From positions 117,552,001-117,616,000 of the forward strand of contig NC_135809.1 of assembly GCF_964213995.1 (NCBI RefSeq): a DNA stretch of 64,000 nucleotides, read 5' to 3'. Below the pieces are notes generated by a model. That model worked only from the letters and a program-made list of their open reading frames with translations. It did not search any database and was not told where the DNA came from. Positions 23,190-35,883 of the stretch are shown piece after piece. A program made the translations under genes and the position numbers. How positions within the stretch are numbered: the first letter of the stretch is position 1; each line of letters begins with the position of its first letter. Source of the stretch: Mustelus asterias (Eukaryota).

Positions 23190-25069
23190 CTAAAAAGGAG
23201 CCATGAGATTGCTTTGGCAGATAAGGCAAAGGAGAATCCAAAGAGCTTCTACAAATACATCAAGGGCAAAAGAGTAACAAGGGAGAGTGTAGGGTCTCTT
23301 AAGGATCAACAAGGTCATCGATGTGCGGATCCCCAAGAGATGGGTGCAATCCTAAATGAATATTTCTCTTAAGTATTTACTGTTGAGAGAGGCATGGATG
23401 TTAGGGAATTTGGGGAAATAAATAGTGATTTCTTGAGGAGTGTACATATTACAGAGAAGGAGGTGCTGGAAGTCTTGAAGCGCATCAGGGTAAATAAATC
23501 CCCAGGACCGGATGATGTGTATCCCAGGACGTTGTGGGAGGCTAGGGAGGAAGTTGCAGGTCCACTAGCAGAGATATTTTAATCATTGATAGTCACAGGT
23601 GTGGTGCCTGAAGATTGGAGGGTGGCAAATGTTGTGCCTTTGTTTAAGAACGGCTGCAGGGAAAAGCCTGGGAACTACAGACCAGTGAGCCTAACGTCTA
23701 TTGTGGGTAAGTTGTTAGAAGGTATTCTGAGAGACAGGATCTACAGGCATTTAGAGAGGCAAGAACTGATTAGGGACAGTCAGCATGGCTTTGTGAGTGG
23801 AAAATCGTGTCTCACGAATTTGATTGAGTTTTTGAAGGGGTAACCAAGAAAGTAGATGAGGACAGTGCAGTCGACATTGTCCACATGGTCTTTAGCAAGG
23901 CCTTTGACGAGGTACTGCATGGTAGGTTGTTCCATAAAGTTAAACCCCACGGGATCCAGGGTGAGGTAGCCAACTGGATACAAAATTGGCTTGACAACAG
24001 AAGACAGAGGGTGGTTGTAAAGGGTTGTTTTTCAAATTGGAGGCCTGTGACCAGTGGTGTGCCTCTGGGATCGGTGCTGGGTCCACTGTTATTTGTTATT
24101 TATATTAATGATTTGGAAGAGAAATTAGGAGGCATGGTCAGTAAGTTTGCAGATGACACCAAGATTGGTGGCATAGTGGACAGTGAAGAAGGTTATCTAG
24201 GATTGCAATGGGATCTGGATCCATTGGGTCAGTGAGCTGATGAATGACAGATGGAGTTTAATTTAGATAAATGTGAGGTGATGCATTTTGTCAGATCGAA
24301 TCGGGGCAGGACCTACTCAGTTAATGTTGGGGCATTGGGGAGAGTTATAGCACAGAGATCCAGGAGTGCAGGTTCATAGCTCCTTGAAAGTGGAGTCACA
24401 GATGAACAGTGTGGTGAAGAAGGCATTCGGCATGCTTGGTTTCATTGATCAGAACCTTGAAAACAGGAGTTGGGACATCTTGTTGAAGTTGTAAAAGACA
24501 TTAGTAAGACTACACTTGGAATACTGTGTACAGTTCTGGTCACCCTATTATAGAAAGGATATTATTAAACTAGAAAGAGTGCAGAAAAGATTTACTAGGA
24601 TGCTACCGGGACTTGATGGTTTGAGTTATAAGGAGAGGTTGGATAGACTGGGATTTTTTTCCCCTGGAGCTCGGAGGCTTAAGGCTGATCTTATAGAGGT
24701 TTATCAAATAATGAGGGGCATAGATAAGGTAGATTGTCAACATCTTTTCCCAAAGGGCGGGGAGTCTAAAACGAGAGTGTGTAGGTTTAAGATGAGAGGG
24801 GAGAGATGCAAAAGGGTCCGGAGGGGCAATTTTTTCACACACAGGGTGGTGAGTGTCTGGAACGAGCTGACAGAGGCAGTAGTAGAGGTGGGTACAATTT
24901 TGTCTTTTAAAAAGCATTTAGACAGTTACTTGGGTGAGATGGGTATAGAGTGATATTGGCCAAATGCGGGCAATTGGGACGAGCTTAGTGGTTAAAAACT
25001 GGGTGGCATGGACAAGTTGGGCCGAAGGGCCTGTTTCCAAGCTGTAAGCCTCTATGACTCTATAACCAC

Positions 25070-25380
25070 CCTTTCCAAAATCTTCACATTCTCCTTTTTG
25101 AGGCTGAACCAGTGTTTTCTGAAGGTTCATACTTGCCTTTGTACTCTGTAACCCTATTTATAATTTATTAACTGCGTCCCTCAACCTGTCCTGCCACCTT
25201 CAATGATTTATACACATTTGCACCCAGGTCCCGCTGCTCCTGCATTTCTGTTGTACCCTTCGTTTTACATCACGTCTCCTTGTCCTTTTGACTAAAACGT
25301 ATAATTTCACACTTCTCCACTTTAAATTTCATCTGTCATGTATCTGCCCTTTCCACCAGCCTGTTTGTATCCTCTCGAAG
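25070..25380 (-). mobile_element. Old CR1 fragment
   Basis: Reverse strand gives WWKGQIHDR..FKVEKCEIIRF, a decayed version of the CR1 WA.KWQM.FN..KCE motif. Confidence 0.6.
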
Positions 25381-27154
25381 TATATCACTAGCCTCACAGC
25401 GAGGCTAGTGATAGACTTCCCCAAGCAAGGGGAAAAGATGTTGTATAAATTTCCAAAGTTGGATTCCGAATCCCCCAACTTGCCTACAACATGTCCACTC
25501 TGGTTTGCATACTGTTGCCATCGAGGGGATGGGGGCAAGTGGTTAAACTACTCTCCAGTGATGGGTTTATAATTTAAATAGTTTAACAAGGCTGTGTACC
25601 TCAAGCAATAGCAGAATTTTACTTCTAAAGCTTATGGATCAGGTTTCCTGGAACTCAGGAAACCTTGCAACTGGAGGGAGGTGAGCACGACCAGATTCAT
25701 TGGGTCCAGCACCGCTTTGCTTGCCGCCAGGAAGACCTGGGGAACTTTCTAATCTAATCTAACCTGCTTCCTCCCCTGCGAAACACCACACCCACCCGCA
25801 CCCACCATTAAAACCCATTTAATCTTCCGACATTTTTGATTTCCCCAAGGCTTCTGATTTCCCTCTGATGTTTCAGATGCCTCCAAGGCCTTCAACCTCT
25901 TCAAGTCTTCTGATTTCATCCAGGCCTTCGATCTCCCACAGCCTCTCTGATCTCTGCCATCCACTCTCTTTTTCTTAGATCCTATAATCCAAGGTTGCCT
26001 TGTCACATCTAAAAGAATTTTGGTTAACATTTTACCTTTTCATAAACTTCGGCAAACAAATGTGTTGACTGTTTTGCTGTGATCAGCTGTCCTGTGATGA
26101 ATTGTGAAATCTTCTGAATATTTAAAGCAAAATAGTATGGGTGCTAGAAATCTGCACTGGGAGAAGTGGAGTTAACCTTTCGGGTTGGTGTACCATCCAA
26201 CTAACATAGGTAATGAATGTTAGACAACAGAATGGAAAAAGATGATCAATTCTGTGATGGATGACTTAATTTATATACAATTTGTATGCTATGTTCACAT
26301 TTGCGAGGATCAAAAGATGCAATCTTGCTACCATTTAAAGGACAACTATGTAAGTGAATAGTGATTAGCTTTCTTGAATTTGACTTTTGTTGTGCTTTTT
26401 TTGGAAGTTGTGTTAAGATCCTGGAGAACTGGATGTGAGGAGCTGCTGTGCACAATAGTAGAAGATGGCTGAATTAATATCAGTAGAAATGCAGTAATTA
26501 ATTCATGATGCTTCAGTAATCCTGTCATTTTAACTCTGTTCTTGGAGCTCTCTCATGCTATTGAATACAGTGACTCCTTCAAGCCATTTACTGTCACCAT
26601 GTCATAAGTACTCGCTTGTTAAAGTAAACATTTTCAGTATAAGATTAGAACGAGAAGTACAGAAAGCTCAAATTAAAATTAATCCTAATTATTTTAACAA
26701 ATTAAAAATACCGTAAAATGACTGGCCCTATCATGAATTACAGAACAATTGAATTGGAGGTGTGTTATATTGTATACATGTGTTTTAATCTCACAGAGAA
26801 AGACCTTGAACATGAAATATGAACAGGTTAAAATGGTGTTATACTAAATGTAGAAACTAATTTTATTGAACTATTGGATTAAAAAGTATATTTTATCAAT
26901 TTATACTGCAGTGTTAAGAGTGAATTTTCAGCCTTGGACTGTTGGTAGCATAGCAAGTTATAGTTTGGTTTGGCACATTAACTGTTTAGTCCTTAATTCA
27001 AATTTACATGAAATTGAATTAACAATTTTTCTTTCAAAATGTGTTTTAGCAAAAAGAACTAGCCAAGAGTTATCCTGGTACTGCTTGTCTATATGAAATC
27101 TCCTTCAGCTTGGTATATGCTGATCACTATATTAAGCTAGCACAAATCGGAAAC

Positions 27155-27684
27155 ACGGAGTACTGTGCTCAGTTCTGGTCGCCTCATTACAGGAGGGATG
27201 TGGAAATGATTGAAAGGGTGCAGAGAAGATTTACAAGGATGTTGCCTGGATTGGTTGGCATGCCTTATGAGGATAGGTTGAGGGAGCTCGGTCTTTTCTC
27301 CTTGGAGAGACAAAGGATGAGAGGTGACCTGATAGAGGTGTACAAGATGTTGAGAGGTATAGATCGGGTGGATTCTCGGAGGCTTTTTCCCAGGGCTGAA
27401 ATGGCTGCTACGAGAGGACACAGGTTTAAGGTGCTGGGGAGTAGGTACAGAGGAGATGTCAGGGGTAAGTTTTTCACTCAGAGGGTGGTAGGTGAGTGGA
27501 ATCGGCTGCTGTCAGTGGTGGTGGAGGCAAACTTGATAGGGTCTTTTAAGACACTTCTGGATGAGTACATGGAACTTAATAGGATTGAGGGTTATAGGTA
27601 AGCCTAGGTAGGTAGGGACATGACCGGCGCTACTTGTGGGCCGAAGGGCCTGTTTGTGCTGTATTTTTTCTATGTTCTATGTTC
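27155..27684 (+). mobile_element. 5'-truncated CR1 (3' end)
   Basis: EYCAQFWSPHY...RGDLIEVYK...FFTQRVV; tail (ttctatg)n. Confidence 0.93.
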
Positions 27685-27849
27685 TAATTGGTTTTCTGAG
27701 AAGCAAGTCATTTGGTCCATTTTGCATGTATCATTTTAATGAACTATCCAGTCTAGTCACTTCTCCTTTCTGCTTTAAGTATTTATCCAATTTATTTTTA
27801 AAAGTTACTATTGAATCTGTGTACAAGTAGTTGCATTTTTTTTTTAAAA

Positions 27850-28040
27850 ACCTTTTAATTTAAAAAAAAAATCTTTGCCTCTGGTTCTGGCTCTTTTGCC
27901 AGTTACCTAAACCTGTGTTCTCTGGTTATTCACTCCTCTGCTAATGGAAAATGTTTCTCTTTATTTACCCTTTTAACCCCTACTGATGACAACCCCTACC
28001 CCCATAATTTTAAACACCTCTATCAAATCTCCCCTTAGAT
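27850..28040 (-). mobile_element. Old CR1 3' fragment
   Basis: NLRGDLIEVFKIMG in ORF 27973..28158(-). Confidence 0.65.
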
Positions 28041-29199
28041 TGAGTTTGTAACGCAAATTGTTTTCAACTACCTGTTTTGGAGTGTGAGAATAATATACAA
28101 GTAGAAATAACAAAATTGTGTCCAAGCCACTTAAAAGAAAGCTTTCATTGAACCTCAAGTTAATGAGGAAGACAAGTTTTCATTATGGCTCAAGGTTCAG
28201 ACAAAGGTGTTTCAATCAGCTAAAATCTCCTTCCTAATGTGATCTACTTACAGATAATAACCCTATTTGTCATGTCTTTGATGGTCTAACTTTGGCAATT
28301 GCTTAGAAACTGTATCAGCCGGGAAGTATAAGACTTTCTCGTTACCAGGATACCACGCTGCCTACTATCCTTTTATCAGTTACCAGTTTGTTAAAAAAAT
28401 AACAAGTGTAACCACGATTTCAATAGAAAAAAGATTGTTCAGATCAAATGGATTTATTTGACGGTAGAAAGCGATTAAAAGAGTGGCTGAGGCCCTGAAA
28501 ATAAATTCTGTCTTACTCTAATGTTACTCGGAAGAATTATTTTTCAAACCGTTTCTCCATAGCTTATAGTTCACAAATGAGCTCCAGCAGAAATTAATTG
28601 GAGTATGCCTAACTGTGTACATATAAAGTCTTGTGCCAAATGAGCGTTTCCCATGTCACACTTTGATATTAATAGTCGATTGGTAGTACTGAACTTGCGT
28701 ATTGCTGAAAAGAGACACGTCTTCCACTCATCAGGAAGCTTCGCAAGAATATCATAAGGGGAAAACAACAACATATATTGTACGAGAAGCAAATGTTGAT
28801 TGGTTAGCAAGCGGATTCTGATCGGTAGAAGCGTTGCCATGAAGAATGCACTGGAAGAGTAGGGCAAATTAATCACCAGCGGGAGTGGTCTATGAACCCC
28901 TAACAGTAACGGCAATGTAGGATTAAGCATACATGAAGAAATACATGAGTGCTTGTGCTGAAGGGCTGGCAATAATCATGGGAAGCTGTGAGCTGCATAT
29001 AAACTGGAAAAATCAGATTGGCAGCAATAGCCTGGATGAGGAGCTGACAGAACACGTTCAAATTAGTTTTGAGATTAGCACGTTTTGGAACCAACCAGAG
29101 AGCAGATTATATTAGACTTGATATTGTGTAATGTACAGGATTAATTATTGACCTCAGAGTAAAGGTATCCAAGAGAGCGACTACAATAAAATTGAATTT

Positions 29200-30420
29200 G
29201 ACATGCGTTTGAAAGGAAAAAGAGTGGGTCCAAGAATAGTATTTTAAACTTAAATAAGGGCAATTATGTGGGCATGAAAGCTGAACTAGCTGACGTGAAC
29301 TACAATGCAAGGCTGGGGCTAGATCATTAAAGAAGCATGGTGGGGGCAGCATGGTGGCACAGTGGTTAACACCGCTGCCTCACAGCGCCAGGGATCCGGG
29401 TTTAATTCTGGCCTTGGGTCACTATCTGTGTGGAGTTTGCACGTTCTCCCCATGTCTGCGTGGGTTTCCACCGGTTTCCTCCCACAGTCCAAAGATATGA
29501 GGGTTAGGTTGATTGGCCATGCTAAATTGCCCCTTCGTGTTAGGGGGACTAGCAGGGTAAATACGTGGGGTTACAGGGATAGAGCCTGAGTGGGATTGTT
29601 GTCAGTGCAGGCTCAATGGGCTGAATGGCCTCCTGCACTGTAGGGATTCTACGATGAAGCAGCGGCAGACATTGAAGGGGATATTTCCGAAAAATTTTAA
29701 ATATATTCCTACTATAAAGAAAAATTCCAAAGAGAGGACCCACCATTCATGGTTACTTAAAGAAGTTAGAGGAAGCATCAAGCTTAAGGAAAAAGCATAC
29801 AAATGTGCACAGATGGGTGACAGGTCAGATGATTGGCCAGAACATAAAGAATGACAGAGAATGATTAAAGGTTAATCGGGAGATCAGGAGGAAGAGATTA
29901 GAATGTTTCAGGAAGCTAGCTAAATGTAAAAATGGGTAGCAAGAGTTCTTGCAGGTATTTAAAAAGGAAAAGAGTAACTAAAGTGAGTGTTGGTCTTCCA
30001 GAGAATGAGAATGGAGAGTTAATCATAGATAATAAGGAAATTGCAGCTGAAATGAACAAATATTTTGCTTTGGTCTTCACTGTAGAAGGTACAAAAAGCA
30101 CTCCATTAATAGCTGGAGGTGGAAAGAAGAGAGGAACTTGGTAAAATTACAATCTCTAGGGAATGACAAGGTAGACGTGGAAAGGATGTTGCTTCTTACG
30201 AGTAAGCCCAGAGTTGGGGGCATTTTTAAAACATTTTAGTGATTTGTGCAAAGTTGGAATACTCTGCCTTAGAAGTTGGTGCAAGCGAATATCTTTAAAG
30301 CAAATGTTATTGGGGGTTGTTGGGAATGTGGAACTCGAGATAAACAGATCAGCCATGACATTGAATGGAGGAGCAGGCTCGAGGGGCTGAATGGCCTACT
30401 TTTGCTACTGTTTCGTATGT
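29200..30420 (+). mobile_element. Degraded CR1 pieces containing an HE1 insertion
   Basis: RYLKRKRVTKVSVG...EMNKYFALVFT, then a CR1 3' end (ggctcgaggggctgaatggcctac). Confidence 0.75.
29343..29653 (+). mobile_element. HE1-type V-SINE, full length
   Basis: tRNA-like head gggcagcatggtggcacagtggtta, V core, and CR1-like tail gggctgaatggcctcc...gggattcta. Confidence 0.9.
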
Positions 30421-31774
30421 TTGTGTGAATTCCATGAGCAAGACCAGATTTTACTAATATGAAGTAACATGGAAAATAACATAACGTATCCTTGTGTGCC
30501 CCTCTGACAACTAATTAGTGAGAAAGCTCACAGAGTAGGTAATCCTATTTGCTCTACCTTTATTCATCATAAGACCTTTTGGCCTAAAAGCTGTTAGCAA
30601 AACATGTCATCTTCTCTTCAACTACAATTTTGCTGTAACTGAAACTATTGGTAAAATATCCATTATTCTTTGCACCAAAATTAGGTCTTTTTCATTGTAT
30701 TTTAATTATGGTAGTTGCATTCCTAATATTCCTTAAGTATAGTTATCATCCCACTCCAGGATGTCCTTTTTTAACAATGCATGAAGTTCATGCTGGTGAT
30801 TTGAAATGGTTTGCTCCCCATTTCTGCAAGTAGTGTTGAGTATTCGTATAATAGTTATCTATACTGAAAGGCAGTAACGAGGACGGAGTAAAACCACCTC
30901 CAGAAACTGCCTTGCAGTGAATTTAAGGCAATAATCCTGGCACTAAGATGCTGATAATTATATTGCTGTATGGTTATATAGTTATACCTCAATCTTCCTT
31001 GTAAGAGAGAAAGTTCTCTCTTTAAGGATAATGGAATTGTCAGGTATTTAGCATACCAGGTTGGCCTCAACTCCTAGTGTTCTCTTCATTTTATTCCATT
31101 TTCAAGCTGGCTAACTGTTTTTAAACTATGATGATGAAGTAATTTTGACAACCTCAGAATTGGTGGATTGCATTATTGTACAGTACTACCTAACTGTTGG
31201 CACAGTGCTACACATTCAATTTAAATTGACTCATGCTGGCCTCATAACCAAACTCAATACCTGTTGGTCTCCTAATCTGACCCTGACTTGCAGGGAATCT
31301 TTCGAGGATAATTGGGAATGTGGATAACAGAGGATAAATCAGATTGTTATACACATCTCTCAAGCACAACCATTTGCTTTCTGAGCTCATTGATCTTATT
31401 ACTTGCAACAATTCATTTTTCTTCTGTCTTTTAACAACCCCAAAGTTCCCATAATGAGAACATCTTTGTTTTTTTGTGAGGGTGGTGGGCAACTACATTG
31501 TTATCAAGCAAAGTAGAATAATGGCAAATTTACATTATGTATGCTCTGAGAAATGAATGAATATTTCTATACTAAACAGATCTCAATCAGTCATAGATCA
31601 TTTTCTCTAGTTTCTCAGTTCACAGACGGTATTGAAAGATTTTATGACCAAGTTAAAAGGGGTGACCTGACTCGCCTCTATTCAACCTCGCTGGTTGGTC
31701 ACAACCAAGGTCTACGTTTTTTTTTTCAGGAGGATATGGCTTTTCCAAATAAGAATGCATTTACCTATTGAAGT

Positions 31775-33530
31775 TGTAAGCAATAAGGAGCTGATCAAAC
31801 AAGGTTTTATTGAGTCGAAGAGAACATTTATTAACCACTAAACTCGAGAAAAATAATAGAATCCCAGCCTCCTGGATCCACTACAATTCGCCTACCGCCG
31901 CAATAGGTCCACAGCAGACGCCATCTCCCTGGCCTTACATTCAACCTTGGAGCACCTAGATAACAAAGACACCTATGTCAGACTCCTATTTATTGATTAC
32001 AGCTCAGCCTTCAACAGCATTATTCCTACGAAATTCATCTCCAAACTCCATGGCATAGGCCTTGGCTCCTTCTTCAGTGACTGGACCCTGAACTTCCTAA
32101 CCCACAGACCACAATCAGTAAGGATAGACAACAACACCACCTCCGCGATCGTCCTCAACACCAGTGCCCCACAAAGCTGTGTCCTCAGCCTCCTACTATA
32201 GATTGTGTGGCCAAATTCCCCTCCAACTCGAGTACAGGAATGAGATAGAGAATCTGGTGAACTGGTGCGACAACAATAATACCTCTCTCAATGTCAAGAA
32301 AACAAAGGAGATAGTCATCAACTTCAGGAAGTGTAGTGGAGAACATGTCCCTGTCTACATCGATGGGGACGAAGTAGAAATGGTCGAGAGCTTCAAGTTT
32401 TTAGGTGTCCAGATCACCAACAACCTGTCCTGATCCCCCCCCCCCATGCCAACACTATAGTTAAGAAAGCCAACCAATGCCTCCACTTTCTCAGAAGACT
32501 ACGGAAATTTGTCATTTCCGCTACGACTCTCACTAACGTTTACCGATGCACCAAGTCTGAAGTCACGTACCAACCTACTTAAGAACAGCTTCTTCCCTGC
32601 TGCCATCAAACTTTTGAATGGACCTACCTTGCATTAAGTTGATCTTTACACCCTAGCTATGACTGTAACACTACATTCTGCACTCCCTCATTTCCTTCTC
32701 TATGAACAGTATGCTTTGTCTGTATAGCATGCAAGAAACATTACCTTTCACTCTATACTAATCCATGTGACAATAAATCAAAATCAAAAGAAAACACGAT
32801 GTCAAGTATTAGGCCCTCATTGTCATTTGAGCCCACACAGCTAGGTATCAGTAATAAGGGGAGTTAAAGTCCCATGAGAAAAGGTAAAAGGATCTACCAT
32901 TAGCTCTCCTCTCATTGTCCTTCATGCATAGATTCTAAATGTTGCGGCCAGTTTGGGCTAATTGGTTTCTTGGATGCAGCCAGATGGAGAAGATGTTGCA
33001 ATTATTAAGAGATCTCGGTTCACTGGTAGGTTTCTGGTGGAGTTGGCTTCTCAAACCAAGCGGCACACTTACCCCAAAAGAGAGAGAGCAGTCTTCAGTT
33101 TGTTTCTTCTGCTAAAACGTTTTTTGACACCACCTGTGCCACTTGTAATTTCTCTCAAATAGCTGGGCAGCTTTGCCTGGAAATACTTCACCCATTGTGT
33201 ATTTCCAAGAGGTTTTGGGTCAGTCTGTCTGTGGCAGCTATTATTTCAAAATCCAATACATTGTATTTTTAATGCCTTTTCCTTTGACAGTGACGAGGGG
33301 TGCTTGGATAATAGGAAATGTCTCTCTTCATTTGTTTGTGGGTAATTTGTATGTTTCACCTTGGAACATGGCATTGCATTTTAAAGCAGTTTGCTCTGTC
33401 TCAGTTAAAATGACAAAAATTTCCTGTTTGAAATTTGAAAAATCATATTTTCAACATGATTCCAATACGCATAGCCTTGTGGCAGGATTGGGAGTTTCTG
33501 CTCACTTTAAGAGGGTTGGATAATTCATAT
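31775..33530 (-). mobile_element. Possible solo-LTR-like element interrupted by a Rex insertion
   Basis: Begins TGTAAG with two minus-strand AATAAA signals close to the end. The other terminus and a TSD could not be confirmed. Confidence 0.3.
31861..32790 (+). mobile_element. Rex1/Babar-type LINE fragment with internal deletions
   Basis: [18 protein letters not shown]...[26 protein letters not shown]; WCDNNNTSLNVKKTKE; FKFLGVQI; tail catgtgacaataaatcaaaatc. Confidence 0.88.
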
Positions 33531-35017
33531 AAGAATGAAAGGTGAGCAATGTTTTCTTTTAAATGAATGAAAATTTACATTATATTGTACAATAGGTATT
33601 TGACAATGTGACACTGTGAAAAATGTTTCCAGATGCAAGCTGCCCAGAGCTTACTTGTCTTTTATTTAATCACCTTGTGGAAACAAATGTCTTGCCTCAC
33701 CCATACACTCACTCATTATCATCTATTGAAGTGGGCATTTCACAGTGTATGTTATAAAACATGCAAACGGTGAACTTGCCAACTATTAACGTTTTAAAAA
33801 CTAAACCTGCTATTAATTCATACCAATATGATTTTTAAAAATATATTTAAAATTTTAGAGCAATTTGATGTCTGCTAATGTCATGTCCATCTTTGTTCAT
33901 ACTTGACAAGTGTAGTTTTTGACTAATGTTTGTGCTTTGCTGCTATTTTCTTTCCTGACTAATACAGTTGTGATGTAAAACTCAGTTTATTTTTAGTTAA
34001 CATTTTATGGAGCAGAAGGATGCAGAAACATTTTTGGAAAGGTTGTTTTTGTTAAAATTACAAATTTTCAACAAGCTGAGCTCAGGTGACTAGGACTTTG
34101 ATCAGGTGTGCTTGCTGTGGCAGTTCATTAACAATATGTTAATTAATCTATGATTTAACACAGAAATGCTGTGGTGGTTTCATCTTTTAAGTTGCTTCAT
34201 TAAATCATTAATTTTCTAGGAGGTAAGTGAGCCTGACATAATTAAGGCATCCTTGTCTCTGCAGACTATCCCTTTCATATGATATCAGGTCACTGAGGTA
34301 GTTAATAGAAGAGAACGACTGCTGACTCCCAGGGTGCATTTTATTTATATGGTTGTGCTGTGAAGTTAATTTATTAGTTCATTTTTTACTTTTCACTTAA
34401 GCAGTTTAGAATGAAATTAAGATTTTGTTTAGGCTTGGGACTACTGCTTGCAAATAGAACTAATGCAACTGCTTGCACTTAACACATCCGTTGGAGAACA
34501 AAAATCAAGTTTTCCATGCTGTACTCAAAACTTGAGACAGTCTTATTTTGGCAAATGTTCTACAGCGAGTCTAAATGTTATGAAAAGCCATATAACTTAT
34601 TTTGCCAGTTTCTCTCTTGTGTTGTAGTGCTACTTGAATAGATTTCCATCAGGTCAGTGCAAAGTATTCAGCCTTCATTTGCATCTAATGGGGTAGTAGT
34701 TTTCCAAAAATAATTGTAGACCAAGCAAAGTATTTATTGCACAAGTTATATGCTCACCAAAAGTCAGCTGTATTGGCATTTAGCTTGAAGTTTCTCAGCT
34801 GGAGAAAATCAAATTCATTCATACTATTTCGGGTTAAGCAAAGATCACATTTGTCTTTAGTTACTTGGAAAACAGTACAAGAACTTTTTTTTAACTGCTC
34901 TGTGCAAACATGTGTATTTCAAACCCCCCTTTTTCATCAAAGACATACAATTACCAATTGAGTGCTAATGTGATTTTTTAAAAATTTGTGACTCAATTTT
35001 ACACCTTTTTTTGACAG

Positions 35018-35102
35018 TGATATGAACTTTGGTTATGTCAAGCTGCTTAGATCCATACAAAGAGTCATCCGAAAGGAAGGATTTGATGGAGCCTGTCCCC
35101 AG
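35018..35102 (+). CDS. ELP4: ELP4 (Elongator complex protein 4) internal coding exon, probable orthologue of human exon 6
   Basis: Acceptor cctttttttgacag|; donor CAG|gtatgg; 85 bp. Only one frame is open throughout: (x)DMNFGYVKLLRSIQRVIRKEGFDGACPQ, resembling human ELP4 [24 protein letters not shown] as I recall it. It joins in frame to the next exon. Confidence 0.92.
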
Positions 35103-35780
35103 GTATGGTACACAAGCCCTTAGTGTCTTCTGTAATCAAGTAACTAATGTTGTTTTCATAGCGCTCTCCAGGGTGCAGCCGGAAGGGCTTGGAATAATCA
35201 ACAATGAACAAGCTGTTTCTAAGCACGGATGAAGTAAACAAGCATTGCAAAGACAGTGTATGGGTCATATGTTAATATGCATTTGCCTCACGTTTTGAGC
35301 TTTCCTCAACTCTATTGGGTACGAGCATTGATGTGCATAAGCAGTGTGCTCTGGCATCATTAGTCACTGAGCACCTAAAAAGGAGCTGTCCAGTCGAGAA
35401 AGTGGCTTAGCCCAAATCCACATTAAGCCACATTAGACTTTTTATGTTGATGTTGTAATGAAAATATCTCTGTTGTAAAACTTGTAGCCTTGAGGATACT
35501 GTGACAAGAAACCTTCATTTTGTTGTAGGGAATGATCAGCTAATTAGAGTTTTGTAGGAGGCCGTGCAGTCAACTTTGCAGCAGCATTAAAAAAGTTAGC
35601 TGAGGCTGGGTCTCAAACTGAAAAAATCCTTTATTGCAACTTTAGCTATTCAGAGTACTTATATGTTAATTTAGCTTGTTATTGCTCAGCTCTCAATCTC
35701 TACTGAGATTTCGGCACAGATCTGGACAGGCTTCCTTTCCCTGTGGAGGCAAAACCCCTTTGGAGAAGTAAATTGGTCCC

Positions 35781-35883
35781 TGACAGGCACCTCTCCCCTT
35801 CCCAGTGGTAACCATGGCAACAGGCATGTCATAACAGTTCCCACAGTACAGTGTGCCTAGCTGCTTCTGCCACAAGTTGACAG
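35781..35883. promoter_or_regulatory. Candidate intronic enhancer core: RFX X-box flanked by two TGACAG (MEIS/TALE) sites
   Basis: GTAACCATGGCAAC at 35808-35821 fits the palindromic RFX X-box consensus. TGACAG occurs at 35781-35786 and 35878-35883. It lies in a short intron with no recognisable TE. Confidence 0.55.

Larger units (their letters stand above)
19270..25062 (+). mobile_element. Older CR1 LINE (EN and RT, 19270-20320 and 23190-25062) hosting a SINE and a younger CR1
   Basis: IGLYCRPPNSQ, VVDFNFP, DHFGTSDHN. It resumes at 23190 with ENPKSFYKYIK, SPGPD, KPGNYRPVSLTS, KFADDTKIGG, EYCVQFWSP and tail ctctatgactcta. Several stops. Confidence 0.92.

Noticed and set aside
26122-26200. Possible additional hammerhead-bearing Penelope end
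   Set aside because: Only gttaacctttcggg and a tail-like start remain. The CTGANGA box is not recognisable.
35029-35232. ORF MVMSSCLDPYKESSERKDLMEPVPR... as a first exon
   Set aside because: It is an alternative frame over the ELP4 exon. The other frame matches ELP4 and splices in phase.
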